From: Tubiluchus corallicola
Lineage: Eukaryota; Animalia; Priapulida
Reading direction: 5' to 3'
Assembly (NCBI GenBank): GCA_030141605.1
Contig: JAQGDQ010000078.1
Location: forward strand, 558,001-622,000
DNA: 64,000 nucleotides
Below, one piece after another: positions 10,401-24,800 of this stretch (position 1 is the stretch's first letter; each line of letters begins with the position of its first letter). The translations under genes were made by a program, and so were the position numbers. Under the pieces are notes generated by a model. It saw only the letters and a list, made by a program, of their open reading frames with translations, ran no database searches and was not told the DNA's origin.

Positions 10401-13400
10401 ATGTTTCACATTTGCTACATGTTATGGTTGTTTTTGTTGTTGATGATTCTTGGAAGCTTTGGTAAAAATGTTTTACAGTCTTTCTATTTAATTTTGTCAA
10501 TTTTTTAGATTTTTATTTAAAATTTGTATATATATTCTGGATAATGGCATTTGTTTCTTGATTTAAAAAAAGTAAGAATAGACTAAATCGTTTAATAATC
10601 AAGATTACGGCACACCTACTCTTGCTCATTTGTGTAGGACAGTAAGTATTGTGTTCTGAAAATTTACGCTGATGTTAAACAGTGTTTGGCTTTGAAGTGT
10701 AAACTAGGTGGTGGTTACTCCAACTCTAGATAATTCATATTAAGACTATGCCTCACCATTCAGACCAACTGCCTTGCAATTTCATCTAGACACTAGCAGC
10801 TATAGCAACAAGCAAAATTCCTTTGTATGAAGTATGTTGTAGCCGGGGAATGTAAATAGATTTCTCTGGGTCTCGAGAGAGACTGGTGTAGCATTTAACA
10901 GTCTCTTGGGACTCAAAAACACGTATAAAATACTTTTGTGTTTCAAAGTACTAATGCAAGCAGTAGCGTCATTCAGTTTCAAATTAAACAAAAAACGTCT
11001 TTTTGATTAAAAAATAATGTTGAGCAAGGTCAAAAAATTGTTGTTAAGTAAGAAAATAAGGGTATCACCAAACGAGGACTTGTTTTAGTGTAGCTTCATT
11101 AATATTAATATTTTTGTTATTTTGAAAAGCTTGTGGTAAAATTTTACTGCAAATTTCTATTTGTAGCTTTCATGGAAAGCAAAAAACCCAAAGAAAATCT
11201 CAGGTGTGATTATTTTAACTACATTGAGTGTGAAAAAAACAGTTCACACTGTAATGTGCGGGAGGAAGTCTGTAGGCCAGACGATGTAACTCTGAAAGGA
11301 ATATACTGCTACGTAGCTTGGAAGAATGAGAGCAACGGCATCAGACTACATTATAAAGGCTGCTGGTACAATGACCCACAGTGTGCTGACAAGGTGATTG
11401 TACTAAAATAGAAAATATTGTTTGAAATATTCACAATTATAAATGTTTGAGTAAATCAGTTGTTACTTTCAGATGATAATAGTTGGGTAGTAATGTACCA
11501 GATCCTGTTCTCGACACCAAGATCCTGAAATGACCCCTTTTTAATGGATCCAGATCTGGTCTGGATTCAGAAAAATGCTCGTTGCATTTTGCACTATTTG
11601 TATTCTATTTTTCTGTCTGTAAAACTAACGATTGCACACCGATTGCAAAAAAAATAAGTGCGAGTAAGAAAAATGTACAACACAGTTTAATTACCCGAAT
11701 TGTCTTAATTTTTTTAAAGAATTTGAAGGATTTCTATTAAAACCTTCGGAAACTCATGAAAGCTTCACTTAGTTTTTATGCCACCATGCTTGTAGCACCG
11801 GCGATACTTGCCATCTTCGTGGTGTTTCTGTGTATCCTTAACTTTGAGTGAAGTGTGCTGGTCAAGCCTGAATAAATACAAGTGCCAGCAGAGATAAGCA
11901 TTGAATGTGTGAACAAACATTTGAATTCAGTTCATACGATTTTTTTATTTCAAATTTGTCTCTAGTATAATATTGTGGATTTGCATAGTTTAGTACTTGG
12001 GTTACTTCCGTCATTAAAACATTTGAGACATCATGCCATCACCCATCAGTACAATTTAGTTGTGATCCCCAGAAGCGATTTTCCTGAAAGTCGACCTCCA
12101 TCTACTTTTAATAAACCTTACTGTTGCCTAACTGCTATTAATGTTTCAACTTTTTCTGACAGTTTTCATGTACACATGAACCACGTGATGCAAATGATAT
12201 GCCATTCTGTTGCTGCGAAGGAGATTTCTGCAATTCAAATTTCTCTGCACTGGCTTTGGTTTCAGTTCCTACCAGTCTGGATCCTCCTCTTCACATGGAA
12301 CCAGGTTTGATGAAGATCCATGTTTTGCATTTTTTTTTTGCTTTTAAATAGCTTTTACTGCTTTTTTAAAGGTATTTAAATTAAACTGGAACTTTCATAA
12401 TTCACAAACTGGCGATAGTTTTTTAAATTCAATTTTAGCAAGCTTACAAATTTAGTAGTGCATTCATAATTTATTTTTATTACCAACCTGCAATATTATC
12501 ATGCAATGTGCACTCAGTTGTTATGTTTTTGCTTCTTACAGAAGCGCTGTACCTGTTTTTGTCTGGTAATAATTTCGAGGCTAAGTTTTTGCTTGTTGGA
12601 GACTTGATAAGACTATAATTCTAAATTAAGCTTATTGGGATTTTGCCAGTTCCTAATAATGTTTTGCAGCTACCCGTAGTAGAGCTGCTATCCTTATATA
12701 AGTTACAATAACAACAGAAATAAATTCTTGGGAGAATTGTTATTGAAATTTTGATTTCTAGTAGTGTTTTGTCCACTGTGGGTTTCTAAGTAGTTCTGTA
12801 TAGAAGTTATATGTGATATGAAAAATGCAGTACATTAAAATAAACAACGTTTGTCTGTCTTGCAGTTGGTGAGAATCACCGTACACGTTCACTCTTGTTC
12901 TACATACTTTTCCCAGTTTTTGGAATATTGGTCCTCATTGCTATCATCTGCATTATTTATCGAAAACATAAACGCTCTTATGATGCTGTCATTCCCGACC
13001 ACAATTCAACTCGTCTTGCTCCATCTTTACCACAATGTTATAATGAACTGCAGAACATACAGCTATTGGAGATGAAGGCAAAGGGGCGCTTTGGAGAAGT
13101 ATTCATGGCACAGATGGGAAAGGAGTTAGTTGCTGTAAAGATTTTTCCAGTTCAAGATAGGGATTCTTGGTTTCGTGAGCAGCAGATTTACAATCTCCCG
13201 CAGATGCGTCATCAGAATATACTACAGTTCATTGGTGCGTATTACTATATTCATATCTTCTGCGTGATTTGTAACTTTGCAGTATTCTGACATTTTTGAC
13301 GAGTCAGAAGGCTTCTGTAAATTTAGTACTACACCTTCCTACTATGCTGTTGCTATATTTATTTTGCCACATTTCTGCTTCATGTGATTACCTATGATCA

Positions 13401-16400
13401 GGGCCGGACTATGACCTCTTGGGGCTTCTAGGCTAATGAAATTATGGGGCCTCCCTCTGATGGAGCCACCTCATAATTCGCCTGCATCCGTCTTGAATAA
13501 TTTTTCCTCGTGATATATTTTACAGATGTTTACGTAGCTTGAAGTGAACTTATTGCAATTTGTAATGTGTATAGGTATTGTCTGGTTGTTGTCAAGGTAT
13601 TAATTGATGTATAAACCTTCTTATAAACTCTGGTTTATAGGCATTGATCAATGTGGAAAAAACCTTGAAGCCAAGCTGTGGCTGGTAACAGCATACCACG
13701 AACTGGGATCATTGTCGGATTATCTCAAGTCAAACTTGGTTACATGGAAAGAGCTTTGTCACATAGGACAAACAATGGCTTGCGGTCTTGCTCATTTGCA
13801 TGAAGAACAACCTTCGTCAGTCAGTGGAACATATAAACCATCGATTGCACACAGAGATTTCAAGAGCAAAAATGTTTTGCTGAAGTCAGATATGACTGCC
13901 TGTATTGGAGATTTTGGCCTCGCAATGACATTTGAACGTGGTAAATCTCCTGGTGACATTCATGGTCAGGTATAATAGTAATAATGTAATATATTATATA
14001 ATATTATATAGTACAGTAGGCGCCATTTATTAGACTCATGGTTAACAGAATCAGTTGCTTAATTGACTCAAAAACGTCTGATATTGGCTCCTCCTGTTCA
14101 AATGTAAATGAAAGCTGTCTGCAATTGACTAAAATAGCTCTGCATAATTGACTCTATTTTTTGCGTCTGGTACTAAAAAGTAAGACACTTGTGTAATCAA
14201 AGAGGTTTTGCTATTTTTATGTCATCTTTACTTTGCTTTTGTGCACTACAATGTACGTAGAAACATTCATGTTAAGTACTGTTTTGTTTGTAAGCATTTA
14301 TATTTATCATATGTTAGTATGCTAACTCACTTGCTCATCTGATGCAGTTAACTTCGTTGCCAAAGAATTTATGTAGGTTAAACTTTTAATCACTTACCAA
14401 GCTGTTTGTTTTTGTGCCTACTGCTTTTCTTAGAATGTATAATCATTTAACTGATGCTGTTGTGTCACCTACCCAGCGGCAGTAATCTGTCGGTATTCTT
14501 TACAATTTGACAAGCAGAAATGTCATAGAACAACTAGAGTTAAGTCTGAAAAATACAGTAGAACATAAGCACATACACCTAATGTTTAAAGGTCTTGCTG
14601 CCTTTGCAGTGCTTACTAAGCGGAACAGTGATGACTACTTCTAATACTGTACTACAGCCATCAGCTAATAGATTCAGTCAGTTAATTGGGTCAAAACTCT
14701 TCCATCCCAAAGGAGCTTTTAAGCGGCATCTAGTGTATGTTAGGATATAGTATAGTAATAATGTGTGTATAATTGTGCTTAATAATAGTGCTTGTGCATA
14801 AAGCTGGCATAATTCGCTTGTTTCATTAAAATTATGTGGTATTTTGTGATATTTTTGTTATCGCCTCTTATCGGGAGAAATTGAGGTATTACAATGAATG
14901 AATTTTTTGCGGTATTATTTGCTTTGAATTTTGCCATAAGTTTGAGTACTCAAAATTTTGCCATAATTTGGCTTTGGTGCGATTCGGCGTAGACTTGAGA
15001 CGTGATATGCTGCACAGAAAACTAGCATGCGACTGATTGAGGTATTGCTGTAGTGTATAGCTGATTATGTTATACTTAAAGCAATGTCAAGAGAATGTAA
15101 TAGATACCAACTCTGGGGTCTTCTCAAAATATACAAGAGAAGTAGTAGTGCATTGCAGCAGTGAATTGGCATGGGTTTTCTGTTAACTAATTAATCACAA
15201 GAGGAAGAAAGTTCCAACAAAATGTCGCAATTTATCTGAACAGTGTGTAAGTCATTGTGGCTTTTTAGGTTGGAACACGACGTTATATGGCTCCAGAAGT
15301 TTTGGAAGGTGCCATCTGCTTTCGACATGATGCGTTTCTCAGGATAGATATGTATGCTTGCGCTCTTGTATTGTGGGAACTAGTCTCACGGTGTTCTGTA
15401 GCACAAGGTATGCAAAATGACGCTGTTTAACTGTAATTTTCTGAAAGAGCTTATAGTGTATATGTGGAGAATAATACCGGATAGTACGTAACCTTTTGCT
15501 AGGGGAGTACAAAAACGGCAAGTAACAACACTGAACTAGTTTTTACGGCAAAGTATTGCTGAAGCAAATTGAAATCTATCATGCCTTTAGTATTCAGTAT
15601 GAAAGCCTTGGTTGTGTAGCATAGTTTGTGATTTTGAAAGGTATGATTGAAGTAGTGACCTGAAAACTCTGGGTTTAATTTTTTTATTGAACTAAATGAC
15701 ATGGACTTCACTTGTCCTCAAGAAGGAGCTATCCTGAAGGACAAATGCCATTCAAGTGATTCAAGAAAATGCCATTGATTAGTATTTAAAAAGACAAGCT
15801 TCAGATACATTTGCTAGGTACGCCCGAAGGACCTTGAGTTTTGCAAGTCGCCACTCAGATCAAACACCTCAAGACTGCTGGCTAAGCAAGAAATCCAAGG
15901 CTTGCACGCTAAATCTAGAGGGCATAGTAGATTGAAGTTTGAAGTTTTATTATTTTCATATTCAGTACAATAGTGACATTCAATACATGGTAACAAACTA
16001 TAAAAATTGTTACATCATACTGTAGTATTATGCTTCACACTATTATTACCATAAAAGAATAATCGTACTGCAGTGGGTCTTGTAACTTGCAATTGTGTCA
16101 GCAATCTTTTGATGTAATAAATGTTCTGCAATATTACTCATTGTTTCTGTACTCCCCCAGCAAAAGGTTGTGTACCACCCTGATGCAACCCTATTGTGTT
16201 TTTCAGTCCAGTCTGTAATCTATGAGTGCAAGTTCTACCTTAGATAAAATAATTATAAGATCGGTATCATTTTTTCATTCAGATCTTTCCAGTTCAGCGA
16301 GCGAGTACAAGCTTCCGTTTGAGGCAGAAGTTGGTTCACATCCGACTCTAGAGGACATGCAGGAAATTGTTGTGCATAAGAAGCAGCGGCCGAATATTAA

Positions 16401-17737
16401 GCAGTGTTGGTTGCAACACCATGTAAGTAGCTTTTTTATTTTGTCGCATGCAAAGTGTTACTGTAAATCTTCCATGAGGTTGCTTACTGAATTACTCCTA
16501 CTCTTCACATGCCCAAGAATTCATAAAAAATGTCATAGAGAAGCTGACAGCAATATCGTTCGGATTCTATTTGATTTGTTGAAAGTCTAAGTTATACCAC
16601 ATACATGTCATTGATTGTTAATTGCATTTTATATTCTTGTTTATAACAAGTTGTATGTCGAAATGCTGAGGTGTTCAGTTCATTGATTGTTGTACGTGCA
16701 TAAAAGAAGAGAATTTTTGCCTTCAATGCATTTTTGTGCAATAGATCAATTAGACGTGAAAAGTGTTATCACTTTTTAAAACTAACATGTCAGTAAGGGT
16801 GAGTGAGGTCAGAAAGATCATAACAGCCTCATATTGTTGTAACATCAGATATTGTTTCAAGGTCAAATAGCAGTAGTTATATGATGCATTGTTTTTGTTT
16901 TCAGTAAGCTTTAGAGTTATTGTAGGCGTAATCTAGTATAGCAAACTTCTGAAATTCTTGCTTTGCTGTGCCCTTTTCAATTATTGATGATCGGGGTTTA
17001 TGGGTGTATGAACCCGCAGACTCCTCCATTACATGTCTTACAACAACAATACGTTCCGACAAATTTGTCGTCTAAGTCAGACCCGTATATTAAAGCGGTT
17101 CGCCCCTACACCTAAGAAAATGTTGTGTATGCACACTAAGTTTGGCGGTACCTACAATGAATTTATCGAAACAGTTAGCGATTTAAGGTTGACTTGTTTG
17201 AAAAAATATCAGGAAGTATAAGTTATAATTGGTATCACATCATTAACTAATTAAATTTCGGATGGTCAAAAAGTCGTAAGTCGCATAGATCGTAAGGCAG
17301 CGACTACCCGTATAATTCCCAGGTTTACACTGCCAGTGATCTCCCTCTGTACTGCTTACCGTTATCGATCAATCTCAACTAAGTAGGTATCGTGAGTCTA
17401 CCTCCAAGCTGGTTGATGTTTTTATTGGTTTACACTTGCTTTATAATTGGAATGCCAAATGTGTAATTGGGAATAATCCTTTTCCCTGGGTGACTGACTG
17501 CTTGAACGTGGTACAATTTTAAAGCTAATATTATTGCAGGATATGGAGTCCTTAATGAACACAATTGAAGAGTGCTGGGATCAGGATGCGGAAGCTCGTT
17601 TATCTGCTAGCTGTGTGGAGGAGCGTATCGCATTACTCTGCAAAGACTCACCAAACAAAATGGACTCCTACACGATCACTGTACCTGACAATTATTGCAG
17701 TGTAGTAGAGCCACTTTGTCCTAATTTATCGACGTAA
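10401..17737 (+). CDS. ACVR2: Activin receptor type II (ACVR2/punt-like) TGF-beta family Ser/Thr kinase receptor, ~534 aa, 8 coding exons
   Basis: Exons 10401-10461 (signal peptide [20 protein letters not shown]), 11167-11393, 12163-12304 (Cys box [10 protein letters not shown]), 12866-13234 (TM helix, [15 protein letters not shown]), 13641-13969 ([21 protein letters not shown]), 15269-15407 ([16 protein letters not shown]), 16283-16422, 17540-17737 ([20 protein letters not shown]). Total 1605 nt. No GS box, so it is a type II receptor. Confidence 0.95.
14014..14735. mobile_element. Pogo/Tigger-like non-autonomous element (family B)
   Basis: TA|CAGTAGGCGCCATTTATTAGACTCA...TTAAGCGGCATCTAGTG|TA. 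Related copies at 23882 (partial), 25085-25746, ~30596-31486 and 37568-38521. Confidence 0.75.
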
Positions 17738-18180
17738 TGTTTGCGTATGTTCATCAGCTCATAAGCCCAATGACAGTCTGTTTGCATCAGTTGTTGTAAA
17801 TATGTTATTTGGTACAGTGAATTGGTATATGGAACAGTGAATTTACTTTGCGCATTGTTTTTGAGTTCTCAAGTATGTGAATGCTGAGTGTCAGAATGGG
17901 CACATTGTGACTGTGAATTAATGTTTATAATATGTGTTGTAATTCTTATAAACAGATATGTATATAATTCTTATACATATCTATATGTATAAACACTACC
18001 AAAAAATGTATACATGTGTTGGAACTACTAAATTTTGGTGGTGCATAAAAATTTAACATATGTTAAAATTTGTTTGTATATTTTGAGCAGCGAAAGAAAC
18101 AATGTGAATTTACCATGGTGACTAAACGTGAGTTGGTCGTCCATTGCAGCAATAGAAGTTACAAGATGAAACAATTTCTA

Positions 18181-18441
18181 CTTTGCAGTCAAGTGTAAAA
18201 ATGGCTGTTTTTTGTGATGCGACCATCAGGACAATGTGGAGCCGTTGAAATGGACAAGTTGGTGGTTAGTGTTGAATTATTGATATCAATGGTATTGATT
18301 AGAAACCACTTTCGACTTTGCAGTCAAGTGCAAAAATGGCTGTTTTTCGTGATGCGACCATCAGGACAATGTGGAGCCGTTGAAATGGACAAGTTGGTGG
18401 TTAGTGTTGAATTATGGATATCAATGGTATTGATTAGAAAC
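18181..18441. repeat. Two-copy tandem duplication (period 135 bp) in the presumed ACVR2 3'UTR
   Basis: CTTTGCAGTCAAGTG...GGTATTGATTAGAAAC occurs at 18181 and 18316 with only a few mismatches. Confidence 0.9.
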
Positions 18442-19482
18442 AATAAGGGATGATGTTGTTGTGTCATCGTGCCCCTCTATCATCAATTTGTCTCATCTAA
18501 TTTCTATGTTTAAAGAAGTTAACTTTTCTATTGTGCCATTAATACTGATCGTAAAACGGGTTCTGTTTATATTCATGACTTGTAATGTCACTTCTATGTT
18601 ATTCGACCCAATTACTCTACCCCTTGTTGAAGCTTTGTAAATTTGCCATTTTTTAAGTTGAGTATTCGTTTCTTGAACTCACGGTCTGTTCAAGTGACAT
18701 TGCTATTTTTACAAATGATTTCGTTGCGTGCACAATTCTGTGAGCAATTTGTGTTACAATATTAAGTTAGTGATTTTAAAATTCAACAGTATTAAGTTAG
18801 TGATTTTAAAATTCAAATGACTGTTGAGAAGCTTTTTCATTCCTTTGTATTAGCATTATTAGTGGGCAGTTTGCTGTTTGTTTTTAAGCATGCAGTTATG
18901 GTATATCAAATGTTTCATGTTTTAAGAACAGAAACTTTTGCAAGCCTGCTCTTGTAATTTTATAGAATTTATTGCTGTTGAGATGTGTATTTTTATACAT
19001 AAGCAAAGAATATGCTATGGGGATTAGACTTTGCCTGTTTTTTTTTCAAATACTTTTTATACAGCATTTCTATTTTTTTCAAACGGTATTGGAATATACC
19101 TTGAAATGCCTTGCGATTGTTTTGGTAATAGTTGAAAATAGTTTGTGTGTGAACCTACCTCATAACAAACAAAGTTGAACAATGTTCTTTTCACTGCCAA
19201 AATAGTTTTTGTTGAACGTTTATAATTTGATCATGTTTCATTGATGGGACAGCCGCTTGCTTATTATTAGGTTAAACAGCTGCATATGTATATGGAGGAG
19301 ACACTTATTTGTTTTCTAGTATTATCGTAATACTGTACTGACCAATTTTTTTGTTTTTATATTAGCAAACAATGGCACAAATGATGGTAACTTTGTTAGA
19401 AAACTTAAATGTCAAAAAGCCATCTTTTTATAATTCAAATGATTATTTTCAAGATTTCATTGCTAAAAGAATGATATTGTTT

Positions 19483-19502
19483 GTGTGTGTGTGTGTGTGT
19501 GT
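19483..19502. repeat. (GT)n microsatellite
   Basis: Directly visible. Confidence 0.85.
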
Positions 19503-21892
19503 AATTGTAGTCTGAGATTTATCTGTGTTCATACATGTAGTTCGGGAATGTTCTGTTATTGGAGGAGTAAGAATTCGAGTATTTTTTAACTACTCGGCTG
19601 CTATTATAGCCTAAATTCTAGCACTATTTTTGTTACATGGGCTTCTCTGTGTTGCTTGTAAAAAAACTAAAGCTGACTTGTTTTGTGTTTTTTTAAAACG
19701 AGATTATTCCTACCTAAACTAATACGAATTTGTAATCTGTTTATTTTATTTTAGTGTTGAAGTTTCCCCTTGTTTCACCACAACATTTCATTAAGAGTAA
19801 TCTCCTAAATTTCCTGTTTTTGTTATGTCTTCATTCTGCAGGTGCTGTAATTTAAGTGCACCTGGAAAAGCAGCCCAGGGTGGCTTGCTGCATGCAGTTT
19901 GACTAGTGCAGTGCATCAATCATGTTTTATCTTTGCATGATTGTGAGAGTTATGGCTTTGGTGACACTTAACCAGCTTTACATTTGCTTGTATCTAAAAT
20001 AAAAAATGTAATTAGAAAGTATAATATGCTGAGATAGGATTCTTTATATTGCTGTCATGACACGCATTGTTCAGTGCACATTTCATTTGGATTTTTAATT
20101 GTTATGATGCTTTCAACTAGGAGATGTGTTTAATTCAGTGTAAAACAATGGGCCTGTTTTTAAGTTTGTTGTATAAAAGCTTGTTTAATATTACTTACTT
20201 AATGAGTAATAGAACAAGCACACCTGTTGGTGTTGGTTATATAGCGTTATATATTTAGCAACATTTTTTTTGATATTACATCCTAAACAGTAGCTAATTT
20301 AATGAGTTTTAATCTGTATTATTTCATTTGCTGAATATCATGTCATATTTTTGTGCACGTGTTGACCTTTGTTACACATTAGTATTATGAAATTTAGGAA
20401 TATCGACAAGTGATTCATCTTTATTCATATAATTATGCTAACTGTGCTATAGTAGTACATTCTGTTCATAGGTGTAGTTCAGTTCAATTATCAAGTGTCG
20501 TTTATTGTTGTATAGCATCTATTTTTTGAATTTTTGAAATGGTCCACCATTTTTTGATATTTTAAAAACTGCTTCTGCTATTTTGCACCTGCATTTCTTG
20601 GTTTGGTACTACATAATAAACAGATGTGTATGGATTAAATTAAAAAAAAAACGAAAAATAAAGTTGGACATTCATGTGACAAATTGATATTCTTTCTGGA
20701 AGAGGCAATTTTTTAAGCTTGTTTCCTTTTGTTAATTTTACATTTGCTTAATTGCTATGTTAACTTTGAGCTGGAAAAGCTTATTTTTATGTTTTGTTAA
20801 AACTTCCGAGTTTGTTGTTAAACATTTCAACACTGGTTATTATCTGATAACTTTGCAACTGATGATAGGCTGCAGGTTAATGCAAATGCATCTTGAATTG
20901 TTTGTGCCCGTTCGAAATTTATGAACCGCTTTTCCTCGTGAAATGTGCTTGGTAGCATCTACATGCACCTTATGGCTCTTGTAAGGCGGCTCATATTTAA
21001 AAAATAAAAATGGCAATTTGTTTCTGTATACGGAATGTTTTACTTCTTCTGTATTCTCAAACAGTAAATTTAAGCACACGAAGGACAGCTGTGCATAATT
21101 ATATTCATCCAGAAAAGTAAACACGCGAAAATCAGCCAAATTGAGAAATTAGAACAAAATAGAGAAAAAATTAAAAGAAAAGCAATCATTTATAGATAGT
21201 AAGTAAATTTATAGAAGTAAATTAATTCAAAACACAATGCAACAGAAAAAAGCATTCTACTTATACGTGAAGTGCCCAGTTACGAAAACTGCACAAGGAA
21301 GAAATATTCAGTCTTATTTAAATATGAAAAGTAATTAATTGCACATCAGTATTTAATAAGCAGTACTGGTACTTACTCAATGACATTTTTAGAATAGTCA
21401 GACCAGTTATAAATACTTAACACACTTTTTTGCTAAAATGAAGTCAAATGCTACAATGGCTCCTGAATTGTTAAAGAGTTAAACATTTTTAAGTGTTTAA
21501 GGTTTTATCTTTTTAAAATCTATCATAACATAATCACAGACTTATGTTAAATAAGGGAAATGGTTTATTCTTAAATGGTAGAATCTGTCATACCATGATC
21601 TGTGTTGTTTCGTTAAAACATCCAAGCCGAAAAAAACTTCGTATGTAAAAATACCAGTGAATAAAAAATTAGATTGTTTCATGTTCACCATCTGTCTGCA
21701 TTGCTTTCATTCACATAATATTTTGGCTTGCTCATTTTGAACTGCACATCCTCCTAGGGTAAAGAAAGTAGTTCTAAGCATTAATCTTTTAAGTTTCAGT
21801 AGCTATATTATTTACAAATAATTGCTATATTATGCAGCTTACTTACAAACAAAACTTTGTACAAACGCTTTTGTCATTACAAACACCTTATT

Positions 21893-24800
21893 TCAGCTTA
21901 TACTACTTTCAGACCACTGTTTAATTTCTGTAGGTAACCCTGGGTACTTGTCCAGTGCCTCAACCAGTTGAGAAGGGTCAACAGTAGAAGCCATTAGTTG
22001 GTATTCTTTTTGAACACGACTATTACTGCTTTCCATTGGTACAATCAACTCTAGTGTGACTAGATGCTCAAATGCCTGCAGTTAACACAAATAATAATAA
22101 TCAGTTATGTGAATTGATTAAATGGTTTGTTGTGCGCCATCTTCTTGCAATCAGCTTTCAACGATTTAATAATCAGCATGATTTTAAATGGAGCTATATG
22201 AACAACAATGAACGTGCGCTCAAACTCTGGCATTAAATCAATTATAACATTGCAGTGCCATCTATTTCGATTAACATACATTATGATTAATGAATAAACT
22301 CATCATAGTAATTAAATCGCATCCTTGTGAACTGCAAATGAAACAAAACTAACACAATTCAAATTTGATTGACAATTTTAATCATTTTAGTAGATACTAA
22401 ACTACATTGGTATATCGTTGGTTGTAGGAATATTACCTATGCAATTATGACATCCAACCACATACTCGCAGTATTTAATCTGGTTGTCATAATGCTAATT
22501 ATTAATTAAATATGACGCAGAACAGATCTGTAAGAACCTACATGAAGACACCGAAATAGAAATAACTGGACGATTCTAAAGTACACCATACACCACGACA
22601 CCATGCCACACACCAGCACCACCACATCACAATAAGAACTAGCATCACACCACATTACACTGGACCACACACACCACCACCACAATGATAACAACAACCT
22701 ATACCATATCACACACACATACCGCAACATGAATTTAAATAACATAACCCCACTTTCCCAAATTTAAGAAACATTCATCAGTAATCAGTAAAAAACGTTA
22801 TCAGTGATCAACGAACATTAGAAATGCAAAGAGTTAGAAAAGCCCAAAATTTTAATGTTTGGGTCAGTAACATTATTGCTATTTTGTGAGTTCGACTTTC
22901 ATTCTGTACAATGTAGAAAACATTTTACCTTTTGCACAACGGGTTTGGTGTAGTGTTGCACTGTCGACCTACGCTGTGAAAACTTCTTGTATTCTACAAT
23001 AAGACCAAGTGAATTTCATTACATAATTTTTCCTAAAAAAATTAAGAAATATTTATCATTATAAACAAATAACCATCAGTAATTATACTTAAAATCTTAC
23101 ACTAGTAGCTTAGATCATTTTCACATCACACTCTGATCACGGGCTTGGAAGCTGATGCAACAAAGTGGTGCAGAAAAGAACTAAGGATGCTGCTGCATAC
23201 ATCACCAAACCATATTGACAGACTCTAGTATTGGGTTTATTGTATTACATGATGACTTGTGACACAAATTTGTCACAAAAACTTTAGTTAAATGTTTCAG
23301 TACGAGTGCCTTCAATAACTTCCCCTATGTGTACGAAACTGGTAAAGTTTGGAAACTCCTTTACCAGCAAAAGGACAAAAAGCACCCATACCAAGTACTA
23401 ATATTTTGAACGAAAACTGGCATCATCTAGTTACCGTGGAATGCGAACACGTATACAGTCAGAACTTGGGTAAACTTTCTCTGCTGCTGTAGTAATTATT
23501 ATGAACTACAAGCAATACAAAACGTTAAATGAGAGATTATTAATACTAAATCTTTGCTTTTTGATGGATCCTGCCGATCACTATATAAGGAAAACCAGCT
23601 ACTTTCAATAAAATAGTCTCAGCTAGCTAATGCCAATAAAGTAACAGAATGACTATTTTAACAAGCTAAAACTGAACTCAGTAAGCTAAATAACCTGCCC
23701 AGCACCTACTGTATGCTCTCAGCCTTGCAGAATTCCATTATGTTATAGGTAATACTTTCTCATTTTGGGGAATCTTTAAACCTGGATATATCCTGCCAAA
23801 TCAGGTTTTCCTCTTATTGTTAATTTCTGCATTTCGTACTAGTAAATAAATGTAAAGAAAATCATATACACGGCGATTATACAGTTGGCACCACTTAATA
23901 GACTCACTTTTGATTGGAAATATTTGACTGACTGAACCTATTAGCTTCCGGGTGTAGTATTGCTAGTGTAGAAGTACAAGTCATCACTCCTTTGTTTAGC
24001 AAGCACTGCAAAGGCTGCAAGAGCTTTAAATGTTATGCATATCCTTCATTTTCAAAATTAGCTCTGTGTTCTTAGCTGCTCTATAATGTTTATGCTTGTA
24101 AAGTCGCAAAGAATACATTGTGTAATCTTGTGGATTAAAGCTATGTAAGCATGACCCAGTGACTAATTTTTACATGAACACAATTAAACGCAAAGAATTA
24201 GTTGGCCAAAATAGCAGAATTTCTGAGTGACCTGCAGAAGTTATGTTATGAGTGCCTTCGTTCTGTCCACTAACTTACGTCACTTCTTTTCAAATAAGTC
24301 CACAGCGAGGCTCATTTGACGGGAGATAAGAATAATTTAAATTTATTTTGCATTTTTAAGCACGGCATTCAAGCGCATATTATGTAGTCATATTAATATT
24401 TCTAAGCGTGTCTTAAGATACAATGAATATTGTTTTTTCCTTTAAAGTATATGCACTATATTGAAAGTAAAGCTTCTGAGATGCTACATTGTATGCATGT
24501 ACTTGTGACTAAGAATTATATTACCCTAATATTACAATTACCTTCATATATCATTTCAAAATTAAATGGCTCTCCATGGTATATTAGTGAAATGTGTTTT
24601 ACTGCAATAACAAGACATACTTCTAGCACAGACAGTCCTACAAAAATATTAAAAGCACCATTAGAATGCCAGAAACTGCAACAAAGTAACTGTTTTGTAA
24701 TAAAGTTAACCCAGTAAGATGAATGAATCATAACTGGTGTAATTATGCATGATAATGCTCTGAATAAAAGAACAGACAAAAGACAACCCTTATTTACCCG

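Noticed and set aside
18214-18453. 79-aa ORF with an internal repeat
   Set aside because: A by-product of the 135-bp tandem duplication; no ATG context or homology recognised.
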